Origin: Escherichia coli O127:H6 str. E2348/69
GTDB taxonomy: Bacteria; Pseudomonadota; Gammaproteobacteria; Enterobacterales; Enterobacteriaceae
DNA length: 64,000 nt
Assembly: GCF_000026545.1 (NCBI RefSeq)
Contig: NC_011601.1
Direction: 5' to 3' (one strand)
This document shows positions 1-10,982 of the stretch, in pieces; the stretch's first letter is position 1, and each line of letters opens with the position of its first letter. The notes under the pieces are model-generated. The model had not been told where the DNA came from. It saw nothing but the letters and a program-made list of their open reading frames with translations, and ran no database searches. The position numbers were made by a program, and so were the translations under genes.

Positions 1-1170
<1,170 letters not shown>

Positions 1171-1190
<20 letters not shown>

Positions 1191-2220
1191 AATCACCTGT
1201 TGTGTTGATAAGTTCCCTGACAACGCTGGTTGCAAAACTTCCCGCCGGAAGCCAGAAACGGATTTCTACGGTGACATCATCCCACCAGTTCCAGCTTAAT
1301 TGTTGCGGATACAGCAGCATCGCTCTGCGCGCGGCTTCAACTTTTTCGCGCACCAGTAAGGTTTGTAATTCAGTTTCTTCGGCGACAGCTGCTTGTTCGA
1401 ATGCCAGCGCTTCACGCTGAGTTCCCCACTCGCCACTGCCCGGCAATGCGGCGGTTATCATCAGCTCTTTATCGTTGACGCGACGCTGTAATTCCGCCAG
1501 TTCTTCGGTGGTTGCGACAAACCAGCTACCACGTCCGGCTAATTGTAGCGCATCGCCGTCAACAACTTGATTAACGTCTGCTTTTTTGAGGCGCTCAGCA
1601 ACAATCTGATTAAAAAACGCACTGCGGGCTGCCGACAACCAAAAACTCCGTTTATTGCGATCGCGCACCGGAGTATTGGTTTGCGCCCAGCGCAGCGCAC
1701 CCTGCAAGTTGCTACCGCCAATCCCAAAACGTTGGGCACCGAAGTAGTTCGGTACACCTTTTACGCAAATATCGATCAGACGTTGTTCAACGTCATCGCG
1801 ATTGCTCACTTCGCGTAGTACCAGGGTAAAGGCGTTACCTTTCAGCGCCCCTAAACGCAGCTTGCGCTTGTGCCGCGCATACTGCAGCACCTGGCAGCCT
1901 TCCAGTTGAAAGGCGCTCAGATCGGGCATCTCTTTGCCCGGCACGCGAGCGCATAACCACTGTTCCGTAACAGCATGTTTATCTTTTTGCCCAGCGAAGC
2001 TGACTTCACGGGTATGAATTTTCAGGAATTTCGCCAGTGCATCCGCCACAAAACGGGTATTGCAGCCGTTTTTGAGGATTCTAACCAGAATATGCTCACC
2101 TTCACCATCAGGCTCAAAGCCCAAATCTTCCACCACCACAAAGTCTTCCGGATTGGCTTTCAGCAGCCCGGTGCCTTGCGGTTTACCGTGGAGGTAAGTG
2201 AGATTATCAAACTCAATCAT
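1171..2220 (-). CDS. truD: tRNA pseudouridine13 synthase
   Basis: 349-aa [21 protein letters not shown]..., same length as K-12 TruD; position between ispF and surE. Confidence 0.9.
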
Positions 2221-2696
2221 TTTGTTGCCTTAATGAGTAGCGCCACCGCTTCACAGGCAATCCCTTCCCCACGTCCGGTAAATCCCAGTTTTTCCGTAGT
2301 AGTGGCTTTCACGTTAACATCATCCATATGGCAGCCGAGATCTTCGGCAATAAACACGCGCATTTGTGGAATGTGCGGCAACATCTTCGGTGCCTGAGCG
2401 ATGATAGTGACATCGACGTTGCCGAGGGCATAACCTTTCGCCTGAATACGACGCCAGGCTTCGCGCAACAGCTCGCGGCTGTCGGCACCTTTAAATGCCG
2501 GATCGGTATCCGGGAACAGCTTGCCGATATCTCCCTGCGCCGCCGCGCCAAGCAATGCATCGGTCAACGCATGGAGCGCCACGTCGCCATCAGAATGCGC
2601 CAGCAATCCTTTTTCGTAAGGAATGCGTACGCCACCAATGATAATTGGGCCTTCACCGCCAAAGGCGTGTACGTCAAAACCGTGTCCAATTCGCAT
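2217..2696 (-). CDS. ispF: 2-C-methyl-D-erythritol 2,4-cyclodiphosphate synthase
   Basis: 159 aa, [14 protein letters not shown]... IspF signature; overlaps ispD stop. Confidence 0.9.
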   Translation of the reverse strand: MRIGHGFDVHAFGGEGPIIIGGVRIPYEKGLLAHSDGDVALHALTDALLGAAAQGDIGKLFPDTDPAFKGADSRELLREAWRRIQAKGYALGNVDVTIIAQAPKMLPHIPQMRVFIAEDLGCHMDDVNVKATTTEKLGFTGRGEGIACEAVALLIKATK

Positions 2697-3406
2697 TATG
2701 TATTCTCCTGATGGATGGTTCGGGTGAGGTAAAATTCGGCCAGCGCCAAATCCTCCGGGCGCGTTACCTTGATGTTATCCGCGCGGCCTTCAACAAGTTG
2801 CGGATGAAAACCGCAATATTCCAGCGCCGAGGCCTCATCGGTAATGGTAGCGCCTTCATTTAGAGCGCGCGTCAGGCAGTCATGTAACAGCTCACGAGGG
2901 AAAAATTGCGGCGTCAGTGCGTGCCATAAGCCATTGCGATCAACGGTGTGAGCAATGGCATTTTTACCCGTCTCGGCGCGTTTCATCGTATCGCGCACCG
3001 GCGCAGCGAGGATCCCTCCCGTGCGGCTGGTTTCGCTCAACGCCAACAGGCGCGCGAGGTCATCCTGATGCAGACAAGGACGAGCGGCGTCATGCACCAA
3101 TACCCACTGCGCGTCGCCAGCGGCTTTCAGACCTGCCAGCACGGAATCGGCACGCTCTTCACCACCATCAACAACCGTGATTTGTGGATGATTCGCCAGA
3201 GGAAGTTGTGCAAAGCGGCTATCGCCAGGACTTATGGCAATGACGACACGTTTCACCCTGGGATGCGCCAGCAGCGCATGCACCGAGTGTTCAAGAATGG
3301 TTTGATTACCGATTGAGAGATATTGCTTAGGACATTCCGTTTGCATTCGGCGGCCAAATCCGGCCGCCGGAACCACGGCGCAAACATCCAAATGAGTAGT
3401 TGCCAT
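2696..3406 (-). CDS. ispD: 2-C-methyl-D-erythritol 4-phosphate cytidylyltransferase
   Basis: 236-aa ORF, same length as IspD, conserved ispDF arrangement. Confidence 0.9.
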   Translation of the reverse strand: MATTHLDVCAVVPAAGFGRRMQTECPKQYLSIGNQTILEHSVHALLAHPRVKRVVIAISPGDSRFAQLPLANHPQITVVDGGEERADSVLAGLKAAGDAQWVLVHDAARPCLHQDDLARLLALSETSRTGGILAAPVRDTMKRAETGKNAIAHTVDRNGLWHALTPQFFPRELLHDCLTRALNEGATITDEASALEYCGFHPQLVEGRADNIKVTRPEDLALAEFYLTRTIHQENT

Positions 3407-3424
3407 GTTAATTCCCGGGCTGAT

Positions 3425-3736
3425 TTATCGATTGTTTTGCCCCGCAGACTGTGCGCGCTTTGACGCGTCAGGCACCAGACGATAAAACGTTTCGCCCGGC
3501 CTGGTCATGCTGAGTTCATTACGCGCACGCTCTTCGAGCGCCTCCTGGCCGCCATTGAGATCGTCAATTTCGGCAAAAAGCTGATCGTTTCGCGCTTTAA
3601 GTTTCGCGTTTGTAGCTTGCTGTGCCGCCACATCATTATTGACGCGAGTATAGTCATGTATACCGTTCTTACCGAACCACAGCGAATACTGTAGCCAGAC
3701 CAGAATAGCCAGCAACAGCAGCGTTAGTTTACCCAT
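3425..3736 (-). CDS. ftsB: cell division protein FtsB
   Basis: 103 aa, N-terminal TM region plus coiled-coil ([22 protein letters not shown]...). Confidence 0.9.
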
Positions 3737-3928
3737 CCTGCCCCCTGAAAAACGGCATCTTCATCCCATGCATCCGAAGACGACTCTACATCCTCTGTTG
3801 GGGATACCGCGACAACGCGGGCAAATGTACCACATTTGTCCATTGTTACGTATACCCAGGGCGTGCAGAACATAATCTCATTATTAGTTACGGATTGAAT
3901 TATGAACAGAATAGAGAGGAAAGAACAA

Positions 3929-4252
3929 TTAACCCAGTAGCCACATAAACAGCGCACCAAACATAATGCCAACCGTCGCCAGAGTGAAAACAATACTGTA
4001 GCGTAGCTTTCCGTCCATCAATGAATGCAGTGCAATCCCCACCACCACTGCGACGGGCATCAGCGCCAGAAAGAAAGGCCAGGTGTAGATAAAAAAGAGC
4101 AGCGTGTTAGAGCCATAAATCAACATCGGAATTGCCAACGCGCACAGCCACGATAAAAAACCAACCACAGCGCCTGGCAGCGACCATGTGGTGTCTTCAA
4201 CCTCAGTAAGGCTGTCGTTATTTGTTAATGTAATGTTGTGGCTGTTACGCAT
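3929..4252 (-). CDS. ygbE: inner membrane protein YgbE (DUF3561)
   Basis: 107-aa hydrophobic ORF in the K-12 ygbE position between ftsB and cysC. Confidence 0.8.
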   Translation of the reverse strand: MRNSHNITLTNNDSLTEVEDTTWSLPGAVVGFLSWLCALAIPMLIYGSNTLLFFIYTWPFFLALMPVAVVVGIALHSLMDGKLRYSIVFTLATVGIMFGALFMWLLG

Positions 4253-4301
4253 ATCTGATCCTGTTACTTTGACGAACCGGGCATGAAAACCCGGTGGTGT
4301 C

Positions 4302-4907
4302 TCAGGATCTGATAATATCGTTCTGTCTCAACAGATCTAATAATTGCTGTACCAAATTTGTTACTAATTGTTCACCATTGAGATGAATTTCTGCCGATTC
4401 AGGCGCTTCGTAAACGGAATCTATTCCCGTAAAGTTGCGCAGTTCACCGGCACGCGCTTTCTTATATAAACCTTTTGGATCGCGGGCTTCGCAAATCGCC
4501 AGCGGCGTATCGACAAACACTTCGATAAAGCGCCCTTCTCCTACGCGTTCGCGAACCATCTGGCGTTCGGCGCGGTGTGGCGAGATAAATGCGGTCAGCA
4601 CCACCAGTCCGGCTTCAACCATCAAATTCGCCACTTCACCGACGCGACGGATATTCTCTTTACGGTCGGCATCGCTAAAACCGAGATCGCTGCATAATCC
4701 GTGGCGAACATTGTCGCCATCCAGCAGATACGTACTGACGCCAAGTTTATGTAACGCCTCCTCCAGCGCCCCCGCGACGGTTGATTTACCGGAACCAGAG
4801 AGGCCGGTAAACCACAGCACAACACCACGATGACCGTGGTGCTGTTCGCGTTGTTGCGGAGTTACTGGGTGGCTATGCCAGACGACGTTTTCGTCATGCA
4901 GCGCCAT
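4302..4907 (-). CDS. cysC: adenylyl-sulfate kinase
   Basis: 201 aa, P-loop GLSGSGKST, same length as CysC. Confidence 0.9.
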   Translation of the reverse strand: MALHDENVVWHSHPVTPQQREQHHGHRGVVLWFTGLSGSGKSTVAGALEEALHKLGVSTYLLDGDNVRHGLCSDLGFSDADRKENIRRVGEVANLMVEAGLVVLTAFISPHRAERQMVRERVGEGRFIEVFVDTPLAICEARDPKGLYKKARAGELRNFTGIDSVYEAPESAEIHLNGEQLVTNLVQQLLDLLRQNDIIRS

Positions 4908-6334
4908 TATTTATCTCCTAGCAAATCGCGCGCGCCCCAGTGCGGAAAGTGGCGGCGAACCAGAGCATTCAATTCCAGTTCGAATACACTGAATTGAGAT
5001 GGCGCAGCAGTTGCCTGGCTAACTGGCTCGTGCACCATACCGGCACCTACGGTCACATTGCTCAGGCGATCGATTAAAATCAGCCCACCGGTCACCGGAT
5101 TTTGCTGATAACGATCTAACACCAGTGGCTCGTCAAAAGTGAGATCCACCAGGCCGATGCCGTTCAGCGGCAGGTTTTCAACTTCGCGTTGGGTAAGGTT
5201 ATTGATATCAACCTGATAACGAATGCCATCAACACGAGCACGCGTCTTCTTACCGGCAATTTTGATGTCATAACTCTGGCCCGGGGAAAGCGGCTGTTCC
5301 GCCATCCATACCACATCCACCGACGCGCTCTGCACAGCCGGTAACGTTTCGTCTGCCGCCAGCAGCAGATCGCCACGGCTAATGTCGATCTCATCCGTCA
5401 GCACCAGGGTGATCGCTTCTCCGGCAAAGGCTTCTTCGCGATCGCCATCAAAAGTCACGATCCGCGCGACGTTTGATTCCACACCAGAGGGCAGCACTTT
5501 GACACGTTGCCCGACTTCCACGCGACCGGATGCCAGCGTTCCGGCGTAGCCACGAAAATCGAGATTCGGACGGTTAACGTACTGCACCGGGAAGCGCATT
5601 GGCTGAGCATCCACCACTCGCTGGATCTCCACGGTTTCCAGCACTTCCAGCAGTGTCGGACCGCTGTACCACGGCATACTTTCACTTTGCGAAGCCACGT
5701 TGTCGCCTTCCAGTGCGGAGAGCGGCACAAAGCGGATATCCAGATTACCCGGCAGCAGCCCGGCAAAAGTCAGATAATCTTCACGAATACGGGTGAACGT
5801 CTCTTCACTGTAATCCACCAGATCCATTTTGTTGATCGCCACGACCAGATGTTTGATCCCCAACAGTGTGGAGATAAAACTGTGACGACGGGTTTGATCG
5901 AGCACGCCTTTACGGGCATCGATCAGTAAGATCGCCAGTTCACATGTCGATGCGCCAGTCGCCATATTGCGGGTGTACTGCTCGTGCCCTGGGGTGTCGG
6001 CGATAATAAATTTACGCTTCTCGGTAGAGAAATAGCGGTAGGCCACATCAATAGTGATGCCCTGTTCGCGCTCAGCTTGCAGGCCGTCCACCAGCAGTGC
6101 CAGATCCAGCTTTTCGCCCTGGGTGCCGTGACGCTTACTGTCGTTATGCAGCGATGAGAGCTGATCTTCGTAGATTTGGCGGGTATCGTGCAGCAGGCGA
6201 CCAATCAGGGTACTTTTGCCGTCATCGACGCTACCACAGGTCAGAAAACGCAGCAGGCTTTTATGTTGTTGCGCAATCATCCAGGCTTCGACGCCGCCTT
6301 CATTGGCGATTTGTTGTGCAAGTGCGGTGTTCAT
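4907..6334 (-). CDS. cysN: sulfate adenylyltransferase subunit 1 (GTPase)
   Basis: 475 aa, GTP-binding motifs ([18 protein letters not shown]); stop overlaps cysC start. Confidence 0.9.
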   Translation of the reverse strand: MNTALAQQIANEGGVEAWMIAQQHKSLLRFLTCGSVDDGKSTLIGRLLHDTRQIYEDQLSSLHNDSKRHGTQGEKLDLALLVDGLQAEREQGITIDVAYRYFSTEKRKFIIADTPGHEQYTRNMATGASTCELAILLIDARKGVLDQTRRHSFISTLLGIKHLVVAINKMDLVDYSEETFTRIREDYLTFAGLLPGNLDIRFVPLSALEGDNVASQSESMPWYSGPTLLEVLETVEIQRVVDAQPMRFPVQYVNRPNLDFRGYAGTLASGRVEVGQRVKVLPSGVESNVARIVTFDGDREEAFAGEAITLVLTDEIDISRGDLLLAADETLPAVQSASVDVVWMAEQPLSPGQSYDIKIAGKKTRARVDGIRYQVDINNLTQREVENLPLNGIGLVDLTFDEPLVLDRYQQNPVTGGLILIDRLSNVTVGAGMVHEPVSQATAAPSQFSVFELELNALVRRHFPHWGARDLLGDK

Positions 6335-6335
6335 C

Positions 6336-7244
6336 TTAAAAATACCCCTGACGTTTTTTCAGCTCCATAGACCCCGCCTGGTCGCGGTCAATCACGCGGC
6401 CCTGACGTTCACTGGTGGTGGAAACCAGCATCTCTTCGATGATCTCCGGCAGTGTTTGTGCATTTGACTCCACCGCACCGGTCAGCGGCCAGCAGCCCAG
6501 CGTACGGAAACGCACCATCCGTTTTTTAATCACTTCGCCCGGTTGCAGGTCGATACGGTTGTCATCAATCATCATCAACATACCGTCGCGTTCCAGAACC
6601 GGACGTTCCGCAGCGAGATACAGCGGCACAATGTCGATATTTTCCAGCCAGATGTATTGCCAGATATCCTGCTCGGTCCAGTTAGAGAGCGGGAAGACGC
6701 GGATGCTTTCGCCTTTGTTAATTTGCCCGTTGTAGTTGTGCCACAGCTCCGGGCGCTGATTTTTCGGATCCCAGCGATGGAAGCGGTCACGGAAAGAGTA
6801 GATTCGCTCTTTAGCGCGGGATTTCTCTTCGTCACGGCGCGCGCCACCGAAGGCGGCATCAAAACCGTATTTGTTCAGCGCCTGTTTCAGGCCTTCGGTT
6901 TTCATAATATCGGTATGTTTCGCGCTGCCGTGTACGAATGGATTAATCCCCATCGCCACGCCTTCCGGGTTTTTATGCACCAGCAGCTCGCAGCCGTAGG
7001 CTTTCGCCGTACGATCGCGGAACTCATACATCTCGCGGAATTTCCAGCCGGTATCGACATGCAGCAACGGGAAAGGCAGCGTACCTGGATAAAACGCCTT
7101 GCGCGCCAGATGCAGCATGACGCTGGAATCTTTACCGATAGAGTAGAGCATCACCGGATTTGAGAATTCTGCAGCCACCTCGCGAATAATGTGGATGCTT
7201 TCCGCCTCCAGTTGCCGCAGGTGGGTAAGTCGTTTTTGATCCAT
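6336..7244 (-). CDS. cysD: sulfate adenylyltransferase subunit 2
   Basis: 302 aa, PAPS-reductase-like fold ([16 protein letters not shown]...). Confidence 0.9.
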   Translation of the reverse strand: MDQKRLTHLRQLEAESIHIIREVAAEFSNPVMLYSIGKDSSVMLHLARKAFYPGTLPFPLLHVDTGWKFREMYEFRDRTAKAYGCELLVHKNPEGVAMGINPFVHGSAKHTDIMKTEGLKQALNKYGFDAAFGGARRDEEKSRAKERIYSFRDRFHRWDPKNQRPELWHNYNGQINKGESIRVFPLSNWTEQDIWQYIWLENIDIVPLYLAAERPVLERDGMLMMIDDNRIDLQPGEVIKKRMVRFRTLGCWPLTGAVESNAQTLPEIIEEMLVSTTSERQGRVIDRDQAGSMELKKRQGYF

Positions 7245-7495
7245 AACCGTTCCTTTGCAATACCGCTATTTTCTTGCCATCAGATGTTTCGACTATAGGG
7301 AGCGTAAGAGAACGAATGAAATTACCAATTAGAATGAGTAGTTCCTTAACGGAATAACGATTTGGCAAAGCTAATATCAAAAAGTGCTTAAGGCACCGGA
7401 TTTCGGGCGTTTAGGAAGATTTGAAATTGTTTTAGCGCAGCGGCAGTTTCATACTATGGCGGTAAAAAAATTTGCATGGTATTTAAGGACTCACT

Positions 7496-8533
7496 ATGTT
7501 TTCCGCATTGCGCCACCGTACCGCTGCCCTGGCGCTCGGCGTATGCTTTATTCTCCCCGTACACGCCTCGTCACCTAAACCTGGCGATTTTGCTAATACC
7601 CAGGCACGACATATTGCTACTTTCTTTCCGGGACGCATGACCGGAACTCCTGCAGAAATGTTATCTGCCGATTATATTCGCCAACAGTTTCAGCAAATGG
7701 GTTATCGCAGTGATATTCGGACATTTAATAGTCGGTATATTTATACCGCCCGCGATAATCGCAAGAGCTGGCATAACGTGACGGGAAGTACGGTGATTGC
7801 CGCTCATGAAGGCAAAGCGCCGCAGCAGATCATCATTATGGCGCATCTGGATACTTACGCCCCGCTGAGCGATGCTGACGCCGATGCCAATCTCGGCGGG
7901 CTAACGTTACAAGGAATGGATGATAACGCCGCAGGTTTAGGTGTCATGCTGGAACTGGCTGAACGCCTGAAAAATACGCCTACCGAGTATGGTATTCGAT
8001 TTGTGGCGACCAGCGGCGAAGAGGAAGGAAAATTAGGCGCTGAGAATTTACTCAAGCGGATGAGTGACACCGAAAAGAAAAATACGCTGCTGGTGATTAA
8101 TCTCGATAACTTAATTGTTGGCGATAAGCTGTATTTCAACAGTGGCGTAAAAACACCTGAAGCAGTAAGGAAATTAACGCGCGACCGGGCGCTGGCAATT
8201 GCCCGCAGCCATGGAATTGCCGCCACCACAAATCCAGGTTTGAATAAAAACTATCCGAAAGGCACCGGGTGTTGTAATGACGCAGAAATATTCGACAAAG
8301 CCGGTATTGCTGTACTTTCGGTGGAAGCGACTAACTGGAATCTTGGCAATAAGGATGGTTATCAGCAACGCGCAAAAACAGCCGCATTCCCTGCAGGAAA
8401 TAGCTGGCATGACGTAAGACTGGATAATCAACAGCATATTGATAAGGCACTTCCTGGAAGAATAGAACGCCGCTGCCGTGATGTTATGCGGATAATGCTA
8501 CCGCTGGTGAAGGAGCTGGCGAAGGCATCTTAA
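7496..8533 (+). CDS. iap: alkaline phosphatase isozyme conversion aminopeptidase
   Basis: 345 aa with signal peptide and M28 peptidase motifs; position after the cysDNC operon. Confidence 0.85.
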   Translation: MFSALRHRTAALALGVCFILPVHASSPKPGDFANTQARHIATFFPGRMTGTPAEMLSADYIRQQFQQMGYRSDIRTFNSRYIYTARDNRKSWHNVTGSTVIAAHEGKAPQQIIIMAHLDTYAPLSDADADANLGGLTLQGMDDNAAGLGVMLELAERLKNTPTEYGIRFVATSGEEEGKLGAENLLKRMSDTEKKNTLLVINLDNLIVGDKLYFNSGVKTPEAVRKLTRDRALAIARSHGIAATTNPGLNKNYPKGTGCCNDAEIFDKAGIAVLSVEATNWNLGNKDGYQQRAKTAAFPAGNSWHDVRLDNQQHIDKALPGRIERRCRDVMRIMLPLVKELAKAS

Positions 8534-8630
8534 TGGGTTTGAAATGATTACTCCCTTGCCTGCAGGAAATCAATGCCACCAGAAACAGAGTATAAAAAAG
8601 GGTGCAGGAGACCAAACCATCACAATTCAG

Positions 8631-8650
8631 TACGCGGGGTTTTACCCCGC
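8631..8650 (-). terminator. GC-rich stem-loop (cgcggggttttaccccgcg) just 3' of the hok-like ORF; candidate hok mRNA 3' terminal structure
   Basis: Perfect 7-bp stem with 5-nt loop, 8 nt downstream of the hok stop codon on the minus strand. Confidence 0.35.
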
Positions 8651-8657
8651 GTGGTGG

Positions 8658-8810
8658 CTACTTCTTCGATTCGTAAGCGAGAACTGCCTTAAACTCCATA
8701 CCACGTTCTCTGATACTCAACTCACACAACGAGTCGCCTACCATCAACGTGAATCCCAGTACTGTACAACACAGTACGATGATTGCCACAAGGGCATATT
8801 TTGTCAGCAT
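8658..8810 (-). CDS. Hok/Gef-family type I toxin (50 aa), HokE/HokA-like
   Basis: Minus-strand ATG at 8808-8810 gives [50 protein letters not shown]; single TM helix plus conserved DSLCE...AVLAYE Hok motif; below the 60-aa ORF-track cutoff. Confidence 0.7.
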   Translation of the reverse strand: MLTKYALVAIIVLCCTVLGFTLMVGDSLCELSIRERGMEFKAVLAYESKK

Positions 8811-8814
8811 GTCT

Positions 8815-10150
8815 GTGTAAGTTCACAGAGATATTGCAATTGCCTCCGGATAAGTAAGGGGAGATTGCACTATGCAAATGCAGCATCTGATGGTTGGCTA
8901 TCCTAAGTACTACCAAACGGCCGATTATGCGTTGAGGCTTTCAGTGATGGCTGATATAGCAACAATGAGAATGAAGGCTCTGCACTTCTGGGATAAACAC
9001 GGTATTTCTGCAGCTTCTGAAGCCTTTGGCGTGTCCTGCCGCACGCTTTACTGGTGGCGTCAGTTACTGAACAAGGAAGGACCTGAGGGGCTAATCCCGC
9101 ACAGTAAGGCACCTCTGGTGCGACGAAAAAAACACTGGCATCCCGATGTGCTGAAAGAGATTCGACGCCTCAGGACAGAGCTGCCGAACCTCGGTAAAGA
9201 GCAGATTTTTGTTCGCCTGAAGCCCTGGTGCGAACAGCGCTATCTGGCCTGTCCGAGTGTTTCCACCATCGGCAGAATGATCGCTGCCGCACATGATAAA
9301 ATGCGGATGATACCTGTGCGTCTGGGATCGCGGGGGAAGGCACTGCTTGTCAAAAAGCGGTCTGCCAAACCCCGCAGGCCAAAGCACTACCGCCCGGTAA
9401 AGACAGGTGAGCTCATTGGGATGGACGCCATTGAGCTCAGAATGGGCGAACTGCGTCGCTATGTCATCACCATGATCGACGAATGCAGCAATTACGCGCT
9501 GGCGCTGGCTGTGCCGTCACTCAACAGTGATATCGTCAATCACTTCTTCAGCCGCGCAGCCCGGTTGTTCCCGGTCGGTATCAGCCAGATAATCACAGAT
9601 AACGGAAAAGAGTTCCTGGGAAACTTCGACAAAACGCTGCAGGAAGCCGCTATCAAACACCTCTGGACCTATCCCTACACGCCAAAAATGAACGCTATCT
9701 GTGAACGTTTTAACCGGACGTTAAGAGAGCAGTTTATTGAATTTAATGAGATTTTACTCTTTGAAGATCTGGCGCTATTTAACCAGAAGCTGGCGGAATA
9801 TCTGGTGCTGTATAACAGCAAAAGACCCCACAAGGCGCTCGCACTAATGACGCCCGTGGAATATATTTTAAAAGAGAATAAAAATTGCAATATGTGGTGG
9901 ACCCATACAATGTCTTGCCTCCTTGCAAAGAAGAGACTAACATCCGAATTGCTTAGGTTCGAACGTAGGCCTCAGGTTGATAGAAATATCGCCTGGGGCT
10001 TTTGTCCATCTGGAACCTCGCGAATGCTTAACGCCAGACAGCCTCAAGCACCCAACGCCATTCTATACCTGTTAATTTTCCCTGCGATGTTCACCTTTAA
10101 ATGCCGGAATGCTGCTCGCAAAATAAAAACGCCCCATCATTTCTGACAGA
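8815..10150 (+). mobile_element. insertion sequence (boundaries approximate; terminal inverted repeats not confidently identified)
   Basis: Transposase gene in a locus that is otherwise K-12-collinear; left end must lie between the hok start (8810) and tnp start (8872). Confidence 0.4.
8872..10146 (+). CDS. DDE (rve integrase-core) transposase with N-terminal HTH; IS481-family-like single-ORF transposase; C-terminal ~90 aa may be read-through
   Basis: 424-aa ORF with HTH (GVSCRTLYWWRQ) followed by rve motifs (ITDNGKEF, NSKRPHKAL); sits where the cas genes are in K-12. Confidence 0.7.
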   Translation: MQMQHLMVGYPKYYQTADYALRLSVMADIATMRMKALHFWDKHGISAASEAFGVSCRTLYWWRQLLNKEGPEGLIPHSKAPLVRRKKHWHPDVLKEIRRLRTELPNLGKEQIFVRLKPWCEQRYLACPSVSTIGRMIAAAHDKMRMIPVRLGSRGKALLVKKRSAKPRRPKHYRPVKTGELIGMDAIELRMGELRRYVITMIDECSNYALALAVPSLNSDIVNHFFSRAARLFPVGISQIITDNGKEFLGNFDKTLQEAAIKHLWTYPYTPKMNAICERFNRTLREQFIEFNEILLFEDLALFNQKLAEYLVLYNSKRPHKALALMTPVEYILKENKNCNMWWTHTMSCLLAKKRLTSELLRFERRPQVDRNIAWGFCPSGTSRMLNARQPQAPNAILYLLIFPAMFTFKCRNAARKIKTPHHF

Positions 10151-10174
10151 GGCGTTTAATTTATCCGGCAATAT

Positions 10175-10909
10175 TTACCCTTCGTGTAATCCACATTCCC
10201 TTTTTAAGCCAAAGAAACGCGTTTCTTCTTCCGCCATGCCGGGTTCCCATTTACGGGTTGTATGGGTATCGCCCACCGATAAATATCCTTCATCCCATAA
10301 TGGGTGATATTTCAGGCCATGTTTTTGCAGGTACTGATAAATAGTTCGGTTATCCCAGTCGATAATCGGCAGCACTTTAAATACGCCACGCTGAATTGCC
10401 AGCACCGGTAAATTGGCGCGACTGCCGGATTGTTCACGGCGCAGGCCAGCAAACCAGGTTTGCGCATTCAGTTCTTTCAGCGCCCGGTTCATCGGTTCGA
10501 CTTTGTTGATGTCATTGTACTTTTCAATGCCTTCAACGCCCTGCTCCCACAGTTTGCCGTAGCGTGCTTCCTGCCAGGCGGCGCTTTCGGTAGCACGATA
10601 CACTTTCAGGTTGAGCTTGAGTTTGTCCGTTAACTCGTCAATAAAGCGGTAGGTTTCCGGGAACAGATAGCCGGTATCGGTGAGGATCACTGGAATATCC
10701 GGGCGAATCTGATTCACCAGATGCAGACTCACCGCCGCCTGAATGCCAAAGCTGGAAGAAAGTACATATTCACCGGGCAGATTATCCAGCGCCCAGGCTA
10801 CGCGGCCTTCAGCGTCCAGTTTTTCCAGTTGGGCGTTAGTTTCCGCCAGCGCCAGAATCCGGTCTACCTTTGGCAGTTCGTTCAGGGCGTTTAGATCGAG
10901 TTTGGACAT
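10175..10909 (-). CDS. cysH: phosphoadenosine phosphosulfate (PAPS) reductase
   Basis: 244 aa [27 protein letters not shown]... ending ...ECGLHEG; start taken at the internal Met of track ORF 10175..11062. Confidence 0.9.
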
Positions 10910-10930
10910 AAGTTCCTCACTGTTTGCCTT

Positions 10931-10968
10931 GCCTGATGCAACGCTTACACGTCTTATCAGGCCTACAA
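10931..10968. repeat. REP element in cysI-cysH intergenic
   Basis: gcctgatgcaacgcttacacgtcttatcaggcctacaag matches E. coli REP consensus. Confidence 0.6.
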
Positions 10969-10982
10969 GACCAGGCTGATGG

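Noticed and set aside
3724-3993. 89-aa minus-strand ORF between ftsB and ygbE
   Set aside because: Overlaps the ygbE 3' end and intergenic region; Cys/Trp-rich improbable composition; K-12 has no gene here.
7245-7495. 82-aa minus-strand ORF (7132..7380) in the cysD-iap intergenic region
   Set aside because: Overlaps the cysD 5' end and the cysDNC promoter region; no coding features.
8631-8650. Possible degenerate CRISPR repeat (cgcggggttttaccccgcg) next to iap
   Set aside because: Does not align with the type I-E repeat GAGTTCCCCGCGCCAGCGGGGATAAACCG beyond the CCCCGCG core; occurs once, with no spacer periodicity. Better explained as the 3' stem-loop of the hok-like transcript or an iap terminator.
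8544-8916. Track ORFs 8544..8906 (+, 120 aa) and 8722..8916 (-, 64 aa); the latter was considered as a Mok-like overlapping frame
   Set aside because: Composition is not protein-like. The minus-strand one starts inside the transposase gene and stops in the middle of hok instead of co-terminating with it as Mok does. The plus-strand one is antisense to hok.
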